In this document: positions 57,674 through 64,000 of the stretch, piece after piece | How positions within the stretch are numbered: position 1 is the first letter of the stretch | Layout: each line of letters starts with the position of its first letter | Assembly: GCA_963691875.1 (NCBI GenBank) | Contig: OY829846.1 | Span: 2,688,001-2,752,000, forward strand | Length of the DNA: 64,000 nucleotides | DNA from: Aureliella sp. | GTDB taxonomy: Bacteria; Planctomycetota; Planctomycetia; Pirellulales; Pirellulaceae | Direction: 5' to 3' | Translations under genes and position numbers: made by a program | Notes under the pieces: generated by a model | The model's input: only the letters and a program-made list of their open reading frames with translations | Told to the model about the DNA's origin: nothing | Databases searched by the model: none

Positions 57674-58033
57674 GCGCGTGGCAAGATCGGTGGGTTTGAG
57701 CCTGATAGACGGGCTTCCAGCCGGGAAAATCGTTGACAACCCTCGGCTGCTGCAGTCAAGATGATGTAAAATCCTCATCTTATTCCACGAGCTCAGGCCG
57801 ACGGTCCCCAGACCTCCTCGGGAAGGCTTATGTGCCTCCCTCTCGGCGGTCGCGCCGACCTTGGCCATCGTGGTGATTTGCCTGGGATTTTAAGGTTTCG
57901 TCAACCGATGTCCCCAATGGCAGCTTGTCTTATCCGATCGTTCGATCGATTGCATGTGACAATTTGGTCAGACTGAAAAATATTCCGCCAATGATTCATT
58001 GGCGCTGCTGAAGAAGCAACACAAGAGGGTGTC

Positions 58034-59803
58034 ATGGATCAACCAATGCGCGACTTCACCGACTTGCTACTCCGCAACGGTGTCGTAAGTCTGGATCAGA
58101 TTGGCGAGGCGACCAACGCAGCGAGAGATGGTGATATCTCCGTTTCAGACGCTCTGATTCAAATGGGCTATGCAGACCCCAACAAGGTCTACGAAGCGTT
58201 GGCTGAGTTCCACAAGCTGGAATTTGTGGATTTGGCCGCGATTCGAATTGATGACGAAGTCATCCAGTTGGTGCCCGAGTCCGTCGCTCGGGAAAACAGT
58301 ATTATCCCTTTCAAGGACGAGAACGAAGTCCTCAACGTGCTGGTCAGTGACCCGTTTGATCTCGAAACCATCGAGAAGCTCCGCTTTATCTTGAATCGCC
58401 GAGTCGAAACGGCACTCGCTCCCCGGGAATCGATTCAGGAATCGATCAACCGGTACTATGGGCAGGTTGAAGGTGAATCCGCTGACTCGATTCTGCAGGA
58501 ATTCACCGACACGCAAATCGACTTTACTGAAACCACCGAAGACAGTGCCGGAGGCGAAGACGAGTTTGCGAATGAGGCCAGCGCTCCAATCGTTCGTTTG
58601 GTAGGCCTGATGATTCAAGAGGCCGTCCAGCTCCGCGCCTCGGATATTCACGTAGAGCCTTTCGAGGATCGCGTACGGATTCGCTACCGGATCGACGGCA
58701 TTCTGGTCGAGCGAGATAGCCCGCCGCGGAGGCTGCTCGGGGCGGTCCTATCGCGTATCAAGATTCTGGCAGATATGGACATCGCCGAACGACGTCGTCC
58801 TCAGGATGGACGAATCAAAATCACGGTCGGCGAAAAAGAGCTCGATCTGCGAGTCAGTATCATTCCTACCAACCACGGCCAATCGGCGGTCATGCGAGTG
58901 TTGGATAAGGACAATATCAAAGTCGGCATCCGACAGCTCGGTTTGGGCGAACGCGACTTCAAGGTCTTCAACCAGACCATCAAACGTCCGAACGGAATCA
59001 TGCTGGTGACCGGCCCGACTGGCTCTGGTAAGACCACGACCCTGTACGCGGCTCTAAATGCGATGAACCGCCCAGACCGGAAAATCATTACAGCTGAAGA
59101 TCCCGTCGAATACTATCTGCCAGGAATCAATCAGGTGGAAGTCAAGCACCAGATTGGACTCGACTTCGCTCGGATCATCCGCTCTATGTTGCGTCAGGCA
59201 CCAAACATTATCCTCGTCGGAGAGATGCGAGACACCGAGACTGCATCAATGGGTATCCAGGCCAGTTTGACTGGACACTTAGTCTTTAGTACACTACACA
59301 CGAACGATGCGCCCAGTGCTGTTACACGCATGGTGGACATGGGAGTGCCTGGGTATCTGGTAGCAAGTTCCGTGGTTGCGGTGCTTGGGCAGCGTCTGGT
59401 GAGGACGATTTGCAAGCGATGCAAGACGCAAGTGAAGCTCACCGAGGCGGTTCTGGAAGATGCAGGCATTCCGCAGGAGATTGCCGATAAGGCAACCTTC
59501 GCTAAAGGCAAAGGCTGTGGCTACTGCCAGAAGACTGGCTATCGCGGCCGGATGGGAATTTACGAACTTATGGTGGTTTCCAGCAAGGTTCGTGAGCTGA
59601 TGTTCGCTGGCAAATCCACGATTGCGATTCAGAAGCAAGCCATTCAGGAGGGCATGACAACGCTCTACTGCGATGGGATGCGGAAGGCGATGAAGGGCCT
59701 GACGACTATCGAAGAGGTATACCGAGTTGCCAAACGCACCGAGCAGGAGACGCAGGCCCTGAAGATCGTCTTCGATGAAATCGAAGAGGGCTTAAAGGCT
59801 TAA
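58034..59803 (+). CDS. pilB: Type IV pilus assembly ATPase PilB/GspE family (copy 1)
   Basis: N-terminal MshEN-like region, GPTGSGKTTT, LRQAPNIILVGEMRD, STLHTND, CxxC..CxxC. Confidence 0.85.
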   Translation: MDQPMRDFTDLLLRNGVVSLDQIGEATNAARDGDISVSDALIQMGYADPNKVYEALAEFHKLEFVDLAAIRIDDEVIQLVPESVARENSIIPFKDENEVLNVLVSDPFDLETIEKLRFILNRRVETALAPRESIQESINRYYGQVEGESADSILQEFTDTQIDFTETTEDSAGGEDEFANEASAPIVRLVGLMIQEAVQLRASDIHVEPFEDRVRIRYRIDGILVERDSPPRRLLGAVLSRIKILADMDIAERRRPQDGRIKITVGEKELDLRVSIIPTNHGQSAVMRVLDKDNIKVGIRQLGLGERDFKVFNQTIKRPNGIMLVTGPTGSGKTTTLYAALNAMNRPDRKIITAEDPVEYYLPGINQVEVKHQIGLDFARIIRSMLRQAPNIILVGEMRDTETASMGIQASLTGHLVFSTLHTNDAPSAVTRMVDMGVPGYLVASSVVAVLGQRLVRTICKRCKTQVKLTEAVLEDAGIPQEIADKATFAKGKGCGYCQKTGYRGRMGIYELMVVSSKVRELMFAGKSTIAIQKQAIQEGMTTLYCDGMRKAMKGLTTIEEVYRVAKRTEQETQALKIVFDEIEEGLKA

Positions 59804-60159
59804 CGTTCCTCCAGAATAGGGGGCTCGGAACCTTCCGTTAACGCCCTCCGTTAGACCGATTGAAAGCAGCAACCCTATCATTAGTAATGCAAAGGAGCTT
59901 TTCTTTTCGCTCTGCTTGCACTTGGTACCAATAAAACTTGAAGCGACTGATTTCCCACCGAGCATCTTTCGCGTTTAATCCATAGTCGACTTATCTCCCC
60001 ACTCACTTTTCGTCACCCATTTACTTTCCTTAATCGCACTATTTTTAGCTTCTGCCTGCTCTAAGCGTGACTGAGTTTGCTGGTTCTCCAGCGAGCTGTC
60101 CGAACATGTCGCTAAGGGTATTCAAGGCAGCGGTACTCGTACGGGACCTGGATTGGTTC

Positions 60160-61275
60160 ATGTCGGAACATGTATTAATTGATAAATTGCTGTCGGCTTG
60201 CGTGAAGCAAGGCGCCAGTGATGTACACATTGTCGTGGGGCAGCCACCAGTATTTCGCTTGCATGGTCGCATGCGAAAGCTGGAAACCAAGGTTTTGGAG
60301 GCTGATGACACGGTCGCGTTGATGAAGAGTATCGCTCCGGAGCGTTGTCAGCGCGAACTGCAGGAGTCGGGAAGCTCTGATTTCGGTTTCGCCTTTGGGG
60401 ACGAAGCCCGTTTTCGTGTTTCGATCTTCAAGCAGCGTGGCTTCATTTCGATGGTGCTGCGTCAGATTCCCAATGACAAGCTAACGCCTGAGCAGTTAGG
60501 TTTGGCTCAGTCAGTTGTTGACATGGTTCAGCGTCCTCGAGGTCTGGTGCTTGTGACCGGGCCGACCGGCTCTGGTAAAAGTACGACCCTGGCTAGCCTG
60601 ATTAACTTCCTGAACGAAACCCACGATCACCATATCATCACGATCGAAGATCCGATCGAGTTTTATCACGATCACAAGCGTTCGACGATCAATCAACGTG
60701 AAGTCGGAGTGGATGTGCCGAGCTTTGCCGAGGCGATTCGGCGAGCGTTGCGGCAAGACCCCGACATCATCCTGGTTGGTGAGTTGCGCGACTTGGAGAC
60801 GATCGGTGCGGCGATTTCTGCTGCGGAAACCGGTCACATCGTCTTCGGTACGTTGCACACCAACAGTGCCCAAGGAACAGTAAACCGTATCATCGACGCG
60901 TTCCCGGGGAACTTGCAGGACCAAATTCGAACACAGCTCAGTACGGCATTGATCGGTGTTGTTGCTCAAACGCTCTTGCCGAGGATTGGCGGCGGGCGAG
61001 TTGCTGCCTACGAGGTGCTTTGTGTCACGCCAGGTATTGCCAACCTGATTCGTGAAAATAAGACGTTCCGTATCAACTCTGCGATTCAAACCGGTGCCAA
61101 GTTCGGGATGAATCTGATGGACGATGCATTATTTGACCTTTGGCAAAATGGTATTTGCACTGTCGAAGATTGCCTGGGTAAGAGTCACCGGCCGGATGAT
61201 TTGGCAAAGAGAATTGTGAATGCTCGACGCGGAATTGCTGATGAGGAAGACGATGATGACGACGGAGATTTTTAG
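60160..61275 (+). CDS. pilT: Type IV pilus retraction ATPase PilT
   Basis: GPTGSGKSTTL, TIEDPIEF, NQREVG, ALRQDPDIILVGELRD, AAETGH, IANLIRENK. Confidence 0.95.
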   Translation: MSEHVLIDKLLSACVKQGASDVHIVVGQPPVFRLHGRMRKLETKVLEADDTVALMKSIAPERCQRELQESGSSDFGFAFGDEARFRVSIFKQRGFISMVLRQIPNDKLTPEQLGLAQSVVDMVQRPRGLVLVTGPTGSGKSTTLASLINFLNETHDHHIITIEDPIEFYHDHKRSTINQREVGVDVPSFAEAIRRALRQDPDIILVGELRDLETIGAAISAAETGHIVFGTLHTNSAQGTVNRIIDAFPGNLQDQIRTQLSTALIGVVAQTLLPRIGGGRVAAYEVLCVTPGIANLIRENKTFRINSAIQTGAKFGMNLMDDALFDLWQNGICTVEDCLGKSHRPDDLAKRIVNARRGIADEEDDDDDGDF

Positions 61276-61508
61276 GCATTGATTGCTGGCCTCTCGGGAG
61301 GCAGCATCGGGGAGTGGTGTCGCAGAGCCGTGTTGGGCTCAACGACGTTGTCGTGGTGGTGAGAACGCAGTGTGAGGAAAGCCAGGAGTGCTTTCCTCGG
61401 GCTGTGACAATTAGAAAGAATGTGGACAAGTTGAGGAACTTGAAAGCACTATCGAGGCGGTCGCTTAGCTAGGAAGCATAGAGGGCTACCGCTCTAAAAG
61501 GTTGAATC

Positions 61509-63224
61509 ATGGTAGTCCGTAGAATTGGTCAGATCCTAGTCGACTTGGGCTTCATCACCGATGAGCAGCTCGAGGTCATTCTGGATGAGCAGCAGCAGCG
61601 TCCCGGTGCATTGCTAGGTCGTATTGCCGAGGACATGGGGCTCATCACCGACGATCAGCTGGCTCAAGCTCTCGCTGAGCAGCTGAACATGCAGACGGTT
61701 CAGCTTTCAGACGTCTCCTTGCCGCCGGACGTCGTTGAGAAAGTCTCCGAGACTATGGCGCAGATGTATCGCATTGTGCCCCTGAAATTCGATGGGAATA
61801 TGTTAACCGTTGCGACCTGCGACCCGCAGAATCTTGCGGTTCAAGATGAGCTTCGAACCTTCCTTGGTTTCGATATTCAGATGGTTGTCGCCACCGAGCG
61901 AGACATTCAATCCACGCTGGATCACTACTACTCTTCGGAGATGGATTCGGTCGAGAAGATCATCGAAGAGCTGAATGCAGATGAAGAGCTCTTCCAGGCG
62001 GCACAAGCAGTGGGCGTCGACGGTGCTTTCAACCTGACCGATGCCGAGGCCCTGGCCGACAGCGCTCCGGTTCGCAAGCTGCTGAACATGGTATTGCTGC
62101 TGGCGATCAAAGATCACGCTAGTGACATTCACTTTGAACCCTTCGAAGACGAGTTCCGGATCCGCATCAAGGCGGAAGGTGTGCTCTACGAGATGGTTCC
62201 TCCGCCTCGTCACTTGGCCTTTGCGATCACAACGCGAATCAAGGTCATGGCGAACCTAGATATTGCCGAGCGACGGTTGCCGCAGGATGGTCGGATCGAG
62301 TTGATGGTCGGTGGTCACCCGGTGGACTTGCGTGTGAGTGTTTTGCCGACGATGTTTGGCGAAAGCACGGTCATGCGGATTCTTGACCGGTCGGTTGTCT
62401 CGCTCAGCCTCGACAACGTCGGGATGGATGAGCACACGCTGACCGAATTCCGTCAGGTTATCGATCGTCCAAACGGAATTGTTCTAGTTACCGGGCCGAC
62501 CGGGTCGGGAAAGACAACGACCTTGTATTCAGCTCTGAGTGAGATGAATGACATCAAGGATAAGTTGATTACGACGGAGGATCCTGTTGAGTACGATATC
62601 GACGGCATCGTGCAGATTCCAATTGACCACGGAATCGGCGTTACCTTTGCTTCCTGCTTGAGAGCTATTTTGCGGCAGGATCCAGACACGATTCTGGTGG
62701 GCGAGATCCGTGACATTGAGACTGCGGAGATCGCAGTTCAAGCTTCGCTCACTGGGCACTTGGTGTTCAGCACATTGCACACGAACGACGCACCGAGTAC
62801 GGTCACGCGGATGAAGGACATGGGAATTCCAACCTTCTTGATCACCGCTTGTGTTGAGGCCATTTTGGCGCAACGTCTTGTGCGGCGGATTTGCGCGAAC
62901 TGTCGCGAAGAAACTACGGTCAGCAAAGAGATTTTGATGGACCTCGGCATCGATCCCGAGGAAGCGGCGGACAAGAAGTTCTATCGCGGAGCTGGCTGCG
63001 ACAAGTGCAACAACACCGGTTACAAAGGACGTGTTGGTCTGTTTGAGCTGATGATCATGAACGATGACTTGCGTGACATGGTCATGAGTAACGCAACGAG
63101 TGACGAGTTGCGCGATCGTGCAACCAATTATGGAATGATTCCACTACGACTCTACGGGATCAACTACGTGTTCCAGGGAATTACCACCGCAGATGAAGTT
63201 CTGCGTGAGACGATTGCTGATTAA
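61509..63224 (+). CDS. pilB: Type IV pilus assembly ATPase PilB (copy 2)
   Basis: RRIGQILVDLGFI...LLGRIAEDMGLI MshEN c-di-GMP-type motif, Walker A, LRQDPD, zinc motifs. Confidence 0.9.
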   Translation: MVVRRIGQILVDLGFITDEQLEVILDEQQQRPGALLGRIAEDMGLITDDQLAQALAEQLNMQTVQLSDVSLPPDVVEKVSETMAQMYRIVPLKFDGNMLTVATCDPQNLAVQDELRTFLGFDIQMVVATERDIQSTLDHYYSSEMDSVEKIIEELNADEELFQAAQAVGVDGAFNLTDAEALADSAPVRKLLNMVLLLAIKDHASDIHFEPFEDEFRIRIKAEGVLYEMVPPPRHLAFAITTRIKVMANLDIAERRLPQDGRIELMVGGHPVDLRVSVLPTMFGESTVMRILDRSVVSLSLDNVGMDEHTLTEFRQVIDRPNGIVLVTGPTGSGKTTTLYSALSEMNDIKDKLITTEDPVEYDIDGIVQIPIDHGIGVTFASCLRAILRQDPDTILVGEIRDIETAEIAVQASLTGHLVFSTLHTNDAPSTVTRMKDMGIPTFLITACVEAILAQRLVRRICANCREETTVSKEILMDLGIDPEEAADKKFYRGAGCDKCNNTGYKGRVGLFELMIMNDDLRDMVMSNATSDELRDRATNYGMIPLRLYGINYVFQGITTADEVLRETIAD

Positions 63225-63385
63225 TGAAGTTATAGCCCGAAACGCAAACGCGGCGGAAGACTTGAGATTCTCGCTTACGCCTCGGGGATAAGAAGAACAA
63301 GAAAAACTACGAACCAGTAGTCCTATGATTGCGGTTCATGATTGATACAACTTTTTCAAAGCTTTAAGTAACGAGGAAGAACGCC

Positions 63386-64000
63386 ATGCCTACATTTCAG
63401 TTTGAGGCTATGGACGCTACCGGCCAAGAGATTAAAGACATCATCGAGGCGGAAAACGAAGAAGAAGCGCAAACCACTATTCGGCAGATGGGCTACTTCG
63501 TTACCAAGATCCAGGTAAAGAAGGGCCAGGCCAAGGTTGCTGCAGGCCAGAAGAAAAAGCGGCCTTTTGCCATCGGTGGTGCGAAGACCAAGCACATTTG
63601 TGCCTTCACGCGTCAGCTATCGATTCTGCAAGACGCAGGTCTGCCGATTCTTCGAAGCCTGAAGATTCTGGAGAACAACAACAAGCCCGGGAAGCTGAAA
63701 AATGCTTTGATGGATGTTTGCGATGAGATTGAAACCGGCTCGACGCTCTCAGAATCGATGAGCAAGTGCCCGAAGGTCTTCAATCGCTTGTACGTGAACA
63801 TGATCAAGGCCGGTGAGGCCGGTGGTGCTTTGGAAACCATCCTGAAGCGTCTTGCTGACTTCTTAGAGAGTGCCGAATCGCTGAAACGAAAAGTAAAAGG
63901 GGCTTTGATCTATCCAGCTGCGGTTGTATTGATCGCGAGTGCGATTCTAGCTTTGATCATGTGGTTGATCGTGCCAACCTTTAAGGACATGTTCGAAGAA
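63386..64000 (+). CDS. pilC: Type IV pilus platform protein PilC (truncated by window end)
   Basis: GAGGA SD, MPTFQFEAMDATG..., FTRQLSILQDAGLPILRSL, AGEAGGALETILKRLA, KGALIYPA; missing from ORF track because there is no stop in the window. Confidence 0.92.
   Translation, partial: MPTFQFEAMDATGQEIKDIIEAENEEEAQTTIRQMGYFVTKIQVKKGQAKVAAGQKKKRPFAIGGAKTKHICAFTRQLSILQDAGLPILRSLKILENNNKPGKLKNALMDVCDEIETGSTLSESMSKCPKVFNRLYVNMIKAGEAGGALETILKRLADFLESAESLKRKVKGALIYPAAVVLIASAILALIMWLIVPTFKDMFEE

Noticed and set aside
1..64000. CRISPR array or rRNA genes
   Set aside because: No regularly spaced repeat-spacer array or rRNA-like sequence seen

Overview
Bacterial chromosomal window, most likely from a marine Planctomycetota (Pirellulaceae-like) genome. 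This is inferred from the DUF1592/DUF1552 pair, the planctomycete-style T2SS and T4P loci, and the GH5 and agarase-like enzymes. Left to right: a GH5 glycoside hydrolase, tRNA-Sec, an ATP-grasp protein and a 10-gene type II secretion-like operon (4198-19056) whose GspD-like protein appears to have only secretin N-domains and no beta-barrel. Next come an ACP plus phytoene-desaturase-like pair and transketolase. An ~11 kb accessory region (~23.9-35.07 kb) abuts the 3' end of tRNA-Arg(TCT). Its right part is an intact PICI/P4-satellite-like module: atypical tyrosine integrase, excisionase-like HTH, DUF6876-like protein, primase-helicase, an inverted-iteron origin candidate and an ADP-ribosylhydrolase with altered metal ligands. 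Its left part is mostly decayed cargo. The rest holds DUF1592/DUF1552, several pseudogenes, an exported UxxC peroxiredoxin-like selenoprotein with a SECIS hairpin (split by the ORF track), hydrolases, an NRAMP-like transporter, arfB and a pilB-pilT-pilB-pilC cluster running off the window end. All family calls come from motif recognition by eye, not database searches.
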